From Octopus vulgaris (lineage: Eukaryota), in contig OX597827.1 of the NCBI GenBank assembly GCA_951406725.2, positions 33,790,001 to 33,854,000 of the forward strand: 64,000 nucleotides of DNA, read 5' to 3'. Below are positions 14,276-27,656 of the stretch, in pieces. A program made the position numbers and the translations under genes. Each line of letters begins with the position of its first letter. Positions within the stretch are counted from its first letter, which is position 1. A model generated the notes under the pieces. It searched no databases. It saw only the letters and a program-made list of their open reading frames with translations, and had not been told where the DNA came from.

Positions 14276-14679
14276 AGAATTTACTGCAATAAAGGAATAT
14301 GTAATGACCATTATCTATGCCTTGTCTTACACACACACACACACACACTCATGATGGCTGCAACTCGATTTCAAGTCATGCAATCGCTTGACTGTTTTCT
14401 TAAACATGAGCAGCACAGATATGACTGTTCAGTCCTGCTAAGGACTTACACACCTTTGCAAAGATGTAACAATGATGGGCACTTTTGTTGCAGGTATTAC
14501 AATACTGTTTTAATAAACATTCATACAACATTTCAGTTCATCTCCTAACGTATAAGTCATAGTCAACAACTTACCTGTACGTGGGGCTTCTCTAATGACT
14601 TCAAAGGCCTACCTTACTTAGACAAACACAACCACACTCGTAATATATTAAACTAGGCTGTGCATTAACATCCTCAGGC

Positions 14680-15060
14680 AAATTAACATGAAGACCTATA
14701 TTAAATCGTATCAAGCTTTTTATGCTCAATAAGATATTGTTCGAATTTCCTCCTCCTATCATGTAATACTTTCTTCCACAATCAACGATCTAGAGCAAGA
14801 TTTTTCCTTCAATTTTCCAAGTTTCTGACCTTCTCCAGTGTATCATTGATGCAGTCCTTATACCTTATTTTTGGTTTGTCTGCTGGTCTTTTACTCTGGA
14901 CTAACTCACCATGCACAAATTGCTTAAATATCCAATTGCTTTCCATCCTGACATGATCATTCCATCGTAATTGGTGTTGAAGAATACTAGTAGAATGACT
15001 GTGTTTGAGGACATCAGCGCCACTCAGATATATTTGCCATCAGATACGTAATTTTGCAGA
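14680..15060 (-). mobile_element. RTE-clade LINE remnant (RT C-terminal region)
   Basis: Minus strand translates LRWNDHVRMESNWIFKQFVHGELVQSKRPADKPKIRYKDCIND, matching the RTE pattern LRW.GHV.RM...R.PKQ..YGEL..GKR..G.P..RYKD. Confidence 0.75.
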
Positions 15061-15629
15061 CAATCTATTTTAGCAAAAGATAAAATGCTAGTTTTTCAAT
15101 TTTAGAGGAACACATGTCTGGAGTGTAGATACTCACTGGGGTAACAAATCTGTTGTTTGATAATGACATCTTCATTGACATTCTTTACCGAAAATCCTAT
15201 ACCATCTTTCATTTTGCATCCTTCTGTTTTCCCACTCCAATTAAACGTTTAAACACCAGACTGTGGCCCTCTTCAGAGAGACTAGTTTCAGGCACGGCCA
15301 TGATATCCATGTTATATCTCTGTAGCTCCTTTGCTACAAGCGCTAATTTTCTTTCGGGTCATGTTCTAGAGGTTTTGTAATCTAAAAAGGTGCAATCATT
15401 CCAGATATCAATTTTCAAAGTCTTGAAGTTTCTCACAATAGCAAGACCATTTCACTATCTGTTCCCTTATTATTGTTAGTCTATAACTTATAATTTTTCA
15501 TGAAGTGTTTTGTGTTTTACGATTATAGTCAGCCAAAGTATACCACACATTGAAAATGTTAATAAAATTAAAAAATAAATAAATAAGAAGGGCAAGGTCG
15601 ACCTCTGCGGAATTTGAATTTTGAACATA

Positions 15630-15938
15630 GCTGGTGGCACGTGAAAAAACATTCAAACGAGGTCGTTGCCAGTGCTGCTGGACTGGCTCCTGTGCAGGTG
15701 ACATGTAAAAAACACCATTTAGCGTGGCCATTGCCAGTACCGCCTGACTGGCCCTCATGCCGGTGGCATGTAAAAGCACCCACTACACTCTCAGAGTGGT
15801 TGGCGTTAGGAAGGACATCCAGCTGTATAAACTCTGCCAGATCAGATTGGAGCCTGGTGCAGCCATCTGGTTTGCCAGTCCTCAGTCAAATTGTCCAACC
15901 CATGCTAGCATGGAAAGCGGATGTTAAACGATGATGAA
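15630..15938 (+). mobile_element. Repeat family C (tandem GTGCCnGTGGCAC units + RTE-like 3' tail ending (GAT)n)
   Basis: Shared with 16728-17025(-), 29177-29325(-), 37396-37575(-), 58875-59402(+), 59755-59940(-). Confidence 0.85.
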
Positions 15939-15939
15939 A

Positions 15940-16253
15940 CTGGCTCTCTGTCGGTTACGATGATGAGGATTCCAGTTGATTTGATCAACGGAACAGCCTG
16001 TCAGTTAAATCAACATGTAAGTGGCTGAGCATTCCACAAACACGCGTGCTCTTGACATTGTTTTCAGAGAGATTCAGCATGACTCAGAATGTGACAAGGC
16101 CGGCTCTTTGAATTATGGGTACAACTCATTTTTGCCAGCTGAATGGACTGGAGAGCAACGTGAAATAAAGTCTCTTGCTCAAGAACACAATGTGCTGCCA
16201 GGAACCGAACTCACGGCCAAACACCCCTGACCACTAAGCCACGCGTCTTCACT
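15940..16253 (-). mobile_element. tRNA-derived SINE family D (CORE-like 'aagtctcttgctcaagaacacaa')
   Basis: Minus-strand head 'gtgaagacgcgtggcttagtggtcagggg' with B-box-like 'gagttcggttcc'; related fragment at about 48760-48890. Confidence 0.7.
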
Positions 16254-16727
16254 AGAGATGGTCATAAAGTTGTTAAAAGTCAAACCATGCATGTGCTTGG
16301 AGCTTTTTGTTAAAGTGAAGAAAGGATTTGCACAAGGCCAGTCTTGCTCTCTGAACAATGCATGCATTTGTCGAAAAAAAATTAGTCTACATAGCAGGAT
16401 GCAAACGAAATCGCGGGTGTTATATCAGTGTTTTCTTGCTTCTAGTGAGATGTCTAAACAAAGACTAGGAGGCCTCTTACTCCCAGCTGTTGGATGGCCG
16501 TTGACTCTACTGAGTTTATTCAACCTTTGATAAGTTTTGATTATTGTCCTGCAGAGTGTCCAACAGCAAAACAAAAAACAAAATAAAAAAACTCACCCTC
16601 CTTATAAAGCAGGCTTGGTAAGGTTGTAGGGTTAGTCACTGATGACCCATCCAAGCGACAGGTTGAACTGGATTACTTGTTACCAGTGGCACTAAGAATT
16701 ATCTGATATATATATATATATATATAT

Positions 16728-17025
16728 TATCATCATCGTTTAACGTCCGTTCTCCATGCTAGCATGGGTTGGACGGTTCGACCGGGGATCTGAGAAGCCA
16801 GAAGGCTGCATCAGGCTCCAGTCTTATCTGGCAATGTTTCTACAGCTGGATGCCCTTCCTAACGCCAACCACTCCGTGAGTGTAGTGGGTGCTTTTTACA
16901 TGCCACCCGCACAGGTGGCAATGGCCATGGTCCGATTGGTGCATTTTACGTGCCACCGGCACGGAAGCCAGTCGAGGTGGCACTGGCTTCGGCCACGATT
17001 TGGATGGTGCTTTTTACGTACCATC
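16728..17025 (-). mobile_element. Repeat family C
   Basis: 'catcatcgtttaacgtccgttctccatgctagcatgggttggacgg...ggatgcccttcctaacgccaaccactcc' plus three tandem units. Confidence 0.85.
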
Positions 17026-17177
17026 CGAAATATATATTTTTTTATTTATATATAAAAAAAAAAATATATAAATATATATATATATATATATACATACATA
17101 CATACATACATACATACATACATACATACATACATACATACATACATACATACACACATACATATACTTATATATAT

Positions 17178-17790
17178 AATTGTTAAAGAGGACAAACGTT
17201 AAGGCAAGGCAAACATCTCAAGTCATATACATTATTATTGGAAGAAAAAATTCAAAGTATTACAGCTGTTTCTGGGATATCCCAAAGTATGGGATATTCC
17301 ATCAACGGAGACAAATAGGGAAAATGAGAAGGATATAGATTAATGAAATGACAACATAGAGGACAGAAGTAAAGGAATAAGGAGATGAAGAAAGAGAAGA
17401 AAGTGAACTTTTATGCTTCTTTTTCTTCTTTTATTCATCTCCTTATTCCTTTACTCCTGTCCTCTATGTAGTCAATTCATTAATTTATACCCTTTGCATT
17501 TTTCCTATTTGTCTCTGATGACGAAATATAACATACTCTGGGATATCCCAGAAACAGCTGTAAGACTGAAATTTTTCCAATAATAATAATGTATATGACT
17601 TAAGATGTTTGCCTTGCCTTAACGTTTGCTGTTCTCTTTAACAATTTTATATCCGCTATATCAAAAATCTGCAATGGCTCCATAACTACCATCTCGGCTA
17701 TAACCTTGGGGTCCTGGTAATCCATTACAGCACTTACCTAGCGTACCTTATTGTTTAGATCACTTGTGAACTAAACCCCTATACTTTGTA
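17178..17790. mobile_element. Inverted pair of Penelope-like terminal repeats (palindrome 17178-17646), each arm carrying an HHR motif
   Basis: Arms of about 230 bp are reverse complements; the right arm continues to 'gtgaactaaacccct', shared with 22270-22566. Confidence 0.8.
17511..17566 (+). ncRNA. Hammerhead ribozyme motif (type I, palindromic CAGCTG helix III)
   Basis: gtct-CTGATGA(17515-21)-stem II-GAAA(17551-54)-cagctg-TA-agac; 5' strand of stem II decayed. Confidence 0.75.
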
Positions 17791-17972
17791 TACTTGTATA
17801 TGTATATATGTATGTATGTATATATGTATGTAGGTATATATGTATGTATGTATGTACATATACCCCGCTGACAGTCAAGCTACTATGCACTAAAGCTAAC
17901 TGCACTAAACTTTTAGGCATAAGGAAACAATACATTTAAAATAATGGAATAATGAATATGGGAAAATATGCA

Positions 17973-18367
17973 TACTCTTTTACTCTTTTACCGGTTTCAT
18001 TCATTTGACTTCGGCCATGCTAGAGCACCACCTTTAGTCGAGCAAATCGACCCCAGTACTTATTCTTTGTAAGCCTAGTACTTATTTTATCTGTCTCTTT
18101 TGCCGAACCTCTAAGTTACGGGGACATAAACACACCAGCATTGGTTGTCAAGCAATGTTGGGGGGGGGACAAACACAGACACACAAACACACACATATAT
18201 ACAACGGGTTTCTTTCAGTTTCCGTCTACCAAATCCATTCACAAGGCTTTGGTCGGCCTGAGGCTATAGAAGAAGACACTTGCCCAAGGTGCCACACAGT
18301 GGGACTGAACTCCGAACCATGTGGTTTGTAAGCAAGCTACTTACCACACAGCCACTCCTGTGCCTAT
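17973..18367 (-). mobile_element. SINE family A, full-length (a further 3' fragment follows at 18400-18532)
   Basis: Close reverse-complement match to 38929-39324. Confidence 0.92.
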
Positions 18368-18806
18368 GTATGAGTATATAAATATTATATCTTTTATATA
18401 TCTTTTACTTGTTTCAGTCATTACATTGTGGTCATTCTAGGGCCCTGCATTGAATGTTTTAATCAAACAAATTGACCCCAGTACATATTCATTAAGTCTT
18501 ACACTATCACTTTGCTGAACCGCTAAGTTGGGGGAAAGGTGAGAAACAAATACAAATGAGAAGACACACTCACGCATATCCTTGCTAATATGAAGGAACA
18601 ATAATAAAAGTATCCAATTAAACTTGTTTTTAAAAGAATATGCTACTACATTTGACTTCAGTTGGAAGATCCTCGAATAATGTGGAGCATGTGCAAATAG
18701 TAAAAATCCTGTGGATTATGCTCAGGTGGAAAGATCCTTGTACTCAAGAGCTTCAACAAATATGTAGACTATCTGAATATCCGATAATTTCACAAAGTAT
18801 CACCAG

Positions 18807-18954
18807 TACTAGCATAGCTAGAGTGTGTGCCACCCAGGGCAGCCCTTCCTTTTGCCGCCCCAGACCCCACAAAAAACACATATTGCCTACAGCAGAGTCA
18901 AAAGTGCCGCCTGGAGCGGACTGCCCCTACCGCTCCCCACCAGCTATGCTAGTG
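18807..18954. mobile_element. Small hAT-like MITE
   Basis: TIRs 'tactagcatagct' / 'agctatgctagtg'; imperfect 8-bp TSD atcaccag / gtcaccac; GC-rich interior. Confidence 0.6.
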
Positions 18955-21331
18955 GTCACCACTTTATTAAACATTTATAGGAATTCTGGCAGATTAAACC
19001 ACCAGATGATTGAATGGATGAATATGATTATATACACAGAGAAACCATATAATCAAACTCCTAATGTCTTTCTCTGGTTTAAGCTTACTATGAAATTTTA
19101 TCTATCTCTATAGTCTCTTCCATTTATACCATCAACGGCTGCTAACTCATTAAACCATACAAGAATGCATTAATTATAACTTCATCCAATGAACTTTTCC
19201 ATAATCATTACTCTACAGTGGTTTATTTAAAATCTACCCAATGTATTTAAAAAGTACTTCATCTTTATCATTTTGTACTAACTTATTTTTAGCAATCAAT
19301 ATTATGCATTGATTTATACCATATTGATTTATTGATATTTATTCAGTACTATCATGCAATATCAGAAATTCTGAACATCATTGAAAATAATATTTCAAGC
19401 AAGTCACTCATATTCTCATGAAGTAGTCATGTTTTATTGTATGATGATTATTCAATATTCCATCTTATAAAACATTGTATAATGATTTTTAGTCACTAAA
19501 AGACTATCTCATTATATGTGTGTGTGTGTGTGTTTGTGTTTGTGTGTGTGTAATACATTAAAAATTTTTATGTTAATACTCTTATATACAAAGTGAAAAG
19601 TTTTGTTGCCATCTTTGTCCACCCCGTTACTTGTGTTTTTGGTTTACCCTATCAGTTGATGACTGTTTGACCCTGTTTCAATTTCAGTTGCATTATATAA
19701 TTTGTACCTACCCATGGGTATAAAAAAAAAAGAGGGAGAACACTTGGAATTTTTTAATTACACTGATAACTATACCTCTCCTGGCATATGTTTCCCAAAT
19801 CAAAATCCCAACAAACTCAGTTACCTAGATCAAAAATATATTTAAGAAGATTAATAAAGTTTGTCGATTAGTTATTATTAGTTGCGTTCATGCAATCTCT
19901 TGCAAGAAGCAAATCAGTTCTATGAATGTTTCCCCAGCGCAGCATAGAAAGAGAGCTTGCAAGTTACAGTTATTATACTAACAATACAAATCCTTTTTGA
20001 ATATTCACTTTGGTGGACTTTCATGGGGCCTTCATGAAGTGGCTGAAGCACTGCAACAGGTGAATTGAAGTCAATGGATCCTTCTTTGAAGGAGACAGGA
20101 GTTTTGTACTTCTTTGAAATTAACAAATGTCTCTTCTGAAAAAATCTCAACATTTCTGGAAAGCACCTTGTATGTGTTAGTCAAAATGAATACAAGCTGC
20201 TTTTGAATGCAATTTTAAAACTACTTTTACCTGGCAAATTGAATGCTAGACATTATGGTTGATGTCATGTGGATTTCTTTCATTTTAATGTTTAATGTCT
20301 TTTTTTTACTACAAAAATTGTTGATGTCTCAGTAGTATCATCACAATGGTTCACAACTGTCACAGTAGCAATGCTTTCTTATGAGAAGAATTTTCATTTT
20401 CACAACAATCCTTTCATTCAAAATCCCATAATGCATTTCATTAATCTATCTCTCTTTCCTTCTCTCCCCCTCTCTCTCCCTCGCCTTCTCTTACCTCTCT
20501 CTGTTTCTCTTTTTTTTTTCATGCTTGAAGTTTAAAAGATTCTGCAGAAAAGCTGAAGAACTGAACTTGATGACCTTTGTTGGAAGATGCTAGGTTTTCT
20601 GTTGTCAAGGAATCATTAGAATATTTGGCTACAGAGAAAAAAAATAATAAATAAAATCCCATTGGACATGCAAGCAAGCAATCACTTCAAGTCCACTTGA
20701 TACAGAGCATTGATCAAGGTTTGAAAACAAAATGTTTTAAGCCTTTTACATAGAGTTCCATATGCAAAAGTTAAAAGAACAAACATTGCTATAAAAGAAA
20801 TGAAAAAAAAAAAAACTAAAACAAACAAAGCAACTGAAGAATTTATTGAAGCTGAAGTCGACAATGTTGTTCTTAGTTTAGAAATGTCTGTAGAATGTGC
20901 ACTACATGTAAGAAAGTGACCTTATATGAATATCTATTGTGGAGTTATAAATCTTATTTTAAAGCTTTGTTTTAATGATGTACGTCTGGTTCACTGAATA
21001 TTTAGCTTGCTGTTTCAGTAAAGAAGCTACCAAATCTAGACTTGCAACCATTTTGTTACACTAGTGTGTATTTGTATACTTTTTTTATAGATACACTACC
21101 CAAGTACACACAGTCTCTCACACACATTCTCTCATTCTCTCTATTGTGCTCACGCCCCCCGCCCCCCCGAGTTAAAAAGCTCAATTGCACCACAAAGTTT
21201 TGGGTTCAGTCCCACAATATAACAACTAGGGTAGGTCTCTTCTACTATAGCCATGGTCCGACCAGTGCTTTGTGAGTGAATGTAAGAGACAGAAACTGTA
21301 AGAAAGTCCGTGAGATGTACAGATATATATA

Positions 21332-21562
21332 CAGCGTTGGCCAAAAGTCACGTGACAGTAAATCAAAATTCCAAAAATACTATCTGTAGTTCTGTATTGA
21401 CTCGAATGCAAAAATGTGTCGCTCAAGGAGGACTTCAGTTTGAACAATGTTCATGATGTTTCATTTCATATTTAGATGCTTTTATTAAATTAATTCAGTT
21501 GTTAAACATAAATAAATCTTAGAATTAAATGGCTTTGATTTACTGTCAGGTGACTTTTGGCC

Positions 21563-21563
<1 letters not shown>
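21332..21563. mobile_element. Tc1-like MITE
   Basis: TIRs 'ttggccaaaagtcacgtgacagtaaatcaaa' / 'tttgatttactgtcaggtgacttttggccaa'; starts ta|CAG within TA-rich flanks. Confidence 0.75.
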
Positions 21564-21605
<42 letters not shown>

Positions 21606-21610
<5 letters not shown>

Positions 21611-22020
21611 CAGGTGTGGATGTGTGGTAAGAAGCTTGCTTCTCAACCACATGATCCCAGGTTCAGTCCCACTGCGTGGTACCTTGAGTAAGTGTCTTCT
21701 ACTATACCCTCAGGCCAACCAAAGCCTTGTGAGTGGATTTGGTAGACGGAAGTTGAAAGAAGCCTGTCGTGTATATATATATATATATATATATATAGCA
21801 ATTAAGGACAACCACTTAATAAGGAAAACTTAACAAGAAATTGTCAGGTAGATAGCGTAAAAACCTCATAAGAGAAAAAATTTCGAAAATAATTATTTCT
21901 TATTGAACATATTAATTTATATATAGAGGGCATTATACATACATGCCAGAAGGCATTATACATACATGCCAGTTTGGCATGTATGTATAATGCCTTCTGG
22001 CATGTATGTATAATGCCCTC

Positions 22021-22073
<53 letters not shown>

Positions 22074-22270
22074 GTGTCTGTGTTTGTCCCCACCCCATGG
22101 CTTGACAACCAATGATGGTGTGTTTACATCCCTGTAACTTTGAGGTTCGGCAAAAGAGAATGATAGAATAACTACAAAGTATAGAATTAGTACAAAGAAT
22201 AAACTTGGTTGTATTTGTTTGACTAAAACCCCTTAAGGTTGTGCTCCAGCTTGGTTGCAGTCAAATGACA
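21606..22270 (+). mobile_element. SINE family A split at its internal microsatellite by an insert of about 290 bp
   Basis: 5' half 21606-21780; 3' half 22070-22270. Confidence 0.8.
21921..22027. repeat. Near-perfect palindrome built from two direct and two inverted copies of 'ggcattatacatacatgcca'
   Basis: Directly visible. Confidence 0.9.
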
Positions 22271-22278
22271 CTCACCTT

Positions 22279-22356
22279 GTCTCTGATGATGGAATACCCA
22301 GTGTACATGGACATGCTATCCTATACCTTGGGATATCCCAGAAACAGCTGTAAGAC
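22279..22356 (+). ncRNA. Hammerhead ribozyme motif in a PLE terminal-repeat fragment (22270-22566)
   Basis: gtct-CTGATGA(22283-89)-tggaata...tatccca-GAAA(22341-44)-cagctg-TA-agac; same family as 17511. Confidence 0.75.
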
Positions 22357-22569
22357 TTCAAATTCACCTTATCCTAATTAAATTATTCTAAATGACTTGA
22401 GATACTGGTCCTGCCTTGGTTTTTGTTGTCCTTTTCCTCCTAATATAATATATACCTGCCTACATGGAAGCTTAATACAGATCCCTAGCTCCAGCCTCAG
22501 CTGTGAACTTCATACCTAACAGATGACCAGTTATAGCAGTTATTCATTTAGAGTGAACTAAACCCCTAA

Positions 22570-23900
22570 TATTCTCTCTCTCTTTTTCTCTCCAAAAAAC
22601 AAAAGACGAAAACGGGTGTGTAAACAACAAACAGATGTATCAGTTTAACGCTCAGGAAGTGAGAAAGTCTTTTATGTTTCGAGCCTACACACTTTGACAG
22701 AAAGGAACACAGAAATAAACAAGGAAAGAAAATAGAAAAAGGTTTAGTAGTTAGTGATCTATCATGGCAAATGTTGGAGCTAGGAAGAAGGTGTGCTAAT
22801 AAAGTAGTGGTGATCCCAAAATGAAGGTGTGTATGTGAGAGCATTATGTGCGTGTGGAAGGGGGCTGGTGACATTGACGTGTGTGGTGTGGTGGTGTGGT
22901 GGTGTGGTGTGTGATGTGGTGGTGTGGTGTGTGATGTGGTGTAGGGGTGTGGGGGAGGCGAGAGTGGGGGAAGCAAGGGTGGGGGTGGGATGGGATGTAT
23001 AGGGATGGTGGGGTTGGAATGTGTAGGGGGTAACGATGAATGGAGAGGGTGGAAAGGAGAAGGTGGGTAGGAGTGAAGAGAGGAAGTAGGTGCTAGAGCA
23101 AGAGAGGAGAGGTGGGTGGGAGGAGGTAGGTGTGAGAGATAGAGAGGAGAGATGAGGAGAGTTAGATGAAGAGGTGAGGAGAGTTGAGCCCATGTGGCAC
23201 AAAGGAGTGAAGGAAGAAGATTAATCTCTGCTAATGGTGAAGACGGGAGTCCAGATGGCCCCTATGCAAGGACAATCCGAACACAGACAGGTGTTGTAAA
23301 GAGTGACCAGTAGAGTGAAAATGGCACGAGACCGGAGTCATGTTGCCGAGTCGGATGTCTCGGAGGTGTTCCGCGAACTGGTCAGCCAAGCGGCATCCTG
23401 TTTGACCAATGTATAGAGAAGGACAGAGAGAGCAGAAGATGCAGTAGATGACATTGCTAGAAGTGCAAGTGAAGGAGTCAGTGATATGATAGGGTTGATA
23501 ATGGGTGTCTGTGAGGAGGGTGGTGTTGGAGAGGTAAGGGCAAGTGCGGCAGTGTGGGCGGAAGCAGGAAAATTAGTGGGTTGGGAGGTTGGGTTAGGGA
23601 AGAAGCTGTGGACCAAGAGGTCTTGTAGGTTTTGGGCTCATTTGAAGGAGGGGAGGGGTCAGTTATGGAAGATGTGGAAAATGGAGGGGTTGGACTGGAG
23701 TCGCAGGAAGGCTTGGAGAATGGTGCATTGGAGAGGTAGGGTGTTGGGGTGGCAGGTGAGAGAAAACGGGAGATGGGTGACTACGGGGCGGGTGCGGGGG
23801 GAGAGAGCAGATACACAGTCCATGGAACGTGCTCTTGCAAGGGCGGTGGGAATAATGGTGAAGGGATATCCATGTAGGATGAAGTGTCAAGCCATGTCAT
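22570..23900 (-). mobile_element. Penelope-like retroelement, 5'-truncated (linker, GIY-YIG endonuclease, 3' repeat with decayed minimal HHR at about 22666-22704)
   Basis: Minus strand translates CFRPHCRTCPYL...SNVIYCIFCSLCPSLYIGQTGCRLADQFAEHLRDIR...HF...GHS...PHGLN with in-frame stops. Confidence 0.9.
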
Positions 23901-24239
23901 TTCTCCAGTCATGTTATCTGTTGGTTTATTTTTTAGTATGTATGTGGCCTCCATAATCTACCTGAGTGCCGTGTTTGTTCTATGTGTCGATAAGATTCGA
24001 ACTTCTATGTTATTTATCAAATTCCCATGTTCTACTTTAGTGTGTTGGTATAGCACTGACAAACTTACTCTGCCTCGAGTTCTCGCCAGTGTTCACTTAT
24101 CCTCTCTCCTATGCTACTGGCTGTCTCTTCGATGTACATCACTGTCCTGTTGATGTGCATTAGTGAAATAGACTGTAACTTCCACTTCCTAATCTGAAGT
24201 CCAACACTAGTCAATCAGAATGGAAAGCTATATATGGCC

Positions 24240-26600
24240 TAGAAAATAACATAGTTATAAAAGTAGCTGATAAGAAAGTGCTTTAGTTACTATGAATATA
24301 GAACAATACAAAAATGATGCATTAACTCTTTTTCAAACCACCATCTACTATAAAACAGTAAACATCAACCAACAAACAAAAACAATGTCTAAACTTAACA
24401 CTTTTAAAAGCCAACACGGAAAAGGCTTAACTAATAAAGAAATTAATTATCTTACAAAATTTAGAGCTCAAACCAGTTTTTTCTACGGGCTTCCCAAAAC
24501 CCACAAAAATAAAACAATTAATTATGCATGCCAAGAATCACCCAGTCTGCATAAGCATATCCTTTCTGAAGGATCTCAAATTAAGACCAATTGTGGCATG
24601 TTCAGCCTGTGAAACTCACAAACTTATTAACTTCCTCAACATACTCTTAAAACTTTTCTTAAAATTTATACCAAGTTTCATAAGTGGGGAATCTAGACCT
24701 ACTAAACCATCTGAAAAAGTTAGCAGGGATGCCATAATTGCCTCATTTGATGTAGTTAATCTTTATACTGGCATCCCACATGAGTACAGACTAGAGGAAT
24801 TTCTGGACCGACTGATCAACAATTCATCCACAGAGGGGTTAAAGTTTATCCTTCAGAACAACTTCATTTCTGAGAAAAACACCTACCAACAAATATCTAG
24901 GACTGCGATGGGTACAAAAGTTGCTTCAACATACGTCAACTTAGTCATGGCTTATCTAGGATTCCAGATATATAATCAAGCCAAAATAAAATACGGTATC
25001 AACTTCCAAAATTATCTGGTGAAAAATTGGAAACAGTACTTAGATGATTACTTTTTTCTCTAGACATATAACCGAGATGAACTCTTATGATTTCAAATTC
25101 AAATTTAATAGCATCAATAACAATATTTAGTTCACAAGAAATTTAGCTATAATCATCTACTCTTCTTAGACATTTTGTAACCGACATCCACTACAAACCA
25201 ACGGACTTTAAACAATACCTACTATTTACTTCATGCTACCCAAAACATATCAAATCCAATTCTTCATTTAACCTAGCTAGAAGACTCCAAACAATTGTCT
25301 CCAATCCAGAAATTCAGGATAGAAGACTCCTTGAATTAAAACAGGCACTACTTGATAGAAAATACCCGTTTACTCTAAAAGAGAATGGAACCGAATGTGC
25401 TAAAACAATAAACACTGAAGAATTATGAAAAACCCAAAACAGTTCAGATACACCCGAAACCCCATCCTTAACTGTCCTCCCCACATCAGAAAAATTCAGT
25501 TTTATCCATCAGGACATACCGTTATTGAGTCAAGACCCAAGAATGAAAAAGGCACTTGAATTCTACAAAATAACCAAATGCAAAGGGCAAACAAAATCCT
25601 TGAAAACTACTTACCAAAATGAAATTACCAACTACGGACTCAACTTCAACAGGTAAAAAGTGTGGATGATCTAATTGTGGAACTTGTGACAAACTTATAA
25701 AGGACACCTAAATTTAAATCAGGACAAATTTTTACTGTGAAAAACCATTTTATTTCTTCTTCAAAAAATGTTATATATGCCATCAAATGTAACAGTTGCA
25801 GGGAAGACTGCATTGGACAAACTAAACTCTCTTTAAGAATGAGATTAAATATTCATTGTTAACAAATACGTAATCCCAGGACCACACAAACTCCACTTTG
25901 TGAACATCTGGATACATGCACAAAAACCAAATCTCTTAAATTTCTTGCCTTCTCACTTTATCAATTCGTAGATATTACCCCAAATTAAAGAAGAATAGGT
26001 AAGGAAAATTCGTTCATTAAAAATTACAAACAACTGCTGAACAGGTTATAAAAACATTAGAAAAATGTGATTTGCCTTTTCCTATTAATTTATTATTGTA
26101 GAATGTCTGCTTGCACTCGTTCTTTAGAAAACCAAAATTCATGTAGCAGCTATTATCTATCTTATTTACTTCACACCTTGTTAACAAAGGAGGGATATGC
26201 ATTAACATGTTCAATAAGAATGAAACTAACATTATTCTTCGACATATTAATGAACAATAATTAACTATAGCGCTTTTATGTAAACATCATATCACTAATT
26301 CATACCTCTTCTATCATATGTGACTGTCACATGAATGTTGACCAATTAATTTGTACATTGACAGATAGCATTCTGAGTCACATTCTTACATTAAAGACAG
26401 ACAGTTTTTAAAGAAATAGTCAGAATAGACACAATTCATGACATGGCTTATATTCTATCACTTTTGAAAATCTAATGTGAAACCAGTCAAGTGTATTCCT
26501 ATGTTTTAAAATATAATTAAATTCTAATTATTTCATTTATACTCTCTGTACATTTACAAATTCATTTCTTCTATTTCTTGACTCGTTTGGATTAACAACA
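24240..26600 (+). mobile_element. Penelope-like retroelement pseudogene (RT + GIY-YIG + 3' repeat)
   Basis: Motifs IVIKVADK, FYGLPKTHK, LRPIV, FDVVNLYTGIP, AMGTKVASTYVNL, YLDD, TDIHYKPT, NVIYAIKCNSC..CIGQT; frameshifts; decayed HHR cactt-TTGAAAA..GAAAC-ca-GTC-aagtg at 26459-26493. Confidence 0.93.
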
Positions 26601-26989
26601 TTTTTTCTATCTCGTATAAGGGTATCGCAGTCACCTGGGTTACAGTTGGTAAGTGGCTCGAGCCACACAGGTGGCTTTCTGACATCATCCTGTCTAAAGT
26701 ATTTTTAACCCAATGAATTATGGGCGGTTATTTATTTGTCATGAGAAAAATTCTCACTTTTGGCAAAAAGTGTAAATACATCAAAGTCAGTTATACCAAA
26801 TGGGGCAACTCTAAACTGCTCTCTCCCCACTTTCTCTTTGTATGTGTGCATGTACACACACACATAGTTTACTGTTCCGTTAAGGTAAGATCAACAAGCA
26901 AAGTACTCCCTCCAGTGAGCGATAGACATCATTTAATGTAAACGGTATAAAAATATGAGCTTCTAATAGTTTCTGCTTACTAACCACAG

Positions 26990-27420
26990 AGCCAAATTTA
27001 CAAAGTTCGATATTATAGACTTTTATCCCTCAATATTGAGATCACTGTTTGATAAGGTGATTGAGTTCGCAAAATCATATGTTAATATAAACCACATAAA
27101 CCCGGACTTGTATCATGAACATAAGAAAAACAGTTTTATTCAGTAAGGTCTTGGCATGGATTAAAAAATTGATATTGATGAATTGGTTGATGTATCGATG
27201 GGATCATATGACAGTGCGGGCATCTGCAATCTTGCTCTATACCTGGACGATGAGTTGGGAATATCTCACGGCTTTGATTGTTGCACTCTCGATAAATTTT
27301 GGAAAAACCTCATTGATACATTTTGTCAATTAGGCTTCAAAATCACTGTTACTACTGATTTGTCAAAAGTTGATTTTTTTAGATGTTTCCCTAGATCTGA
27401 ATTCCCACAGCGGCTTCAAA
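26990..27420 (+). mobile_element. Heavily deleted RT fragment of a different Penelope-like lineage
   Basis: FDIIDFYPS near 27006; VSMGSYDSAGICNL (MGSYDGAE-type); LYLDD; KVDF. Confidence 0.65.
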
Positions 27421-27656
27421 TATAGATCCACTACTGAGACCAATTATTGGTTGTGTGTCACATTTTACAGTAAGCCTGCAATCAGGCAAGTCCTTCTGAC
27501 ATTGAACCTTTAATGCATCAGGCTGATTATTATTATTATTATTTCCCCCTCCCTCTGTGTGTGTATATGTATATATACATATATATACATACATATATAT
27601 ATATATATATATATGCATAAATCTCTGAGCTAGGTATAAACAGTAGCTGCACGACA

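Noticed and set aside
18640-19113. 157-aa ORF
   Set aside because: Non-conserved-looking frame running through a MITE; no domain recognised
23338-23956. Overlapping 75-156 aa ORFs
   Set aside because: Alternative frames of the C-rich Penelope remnant; the homologous frame is interrupted
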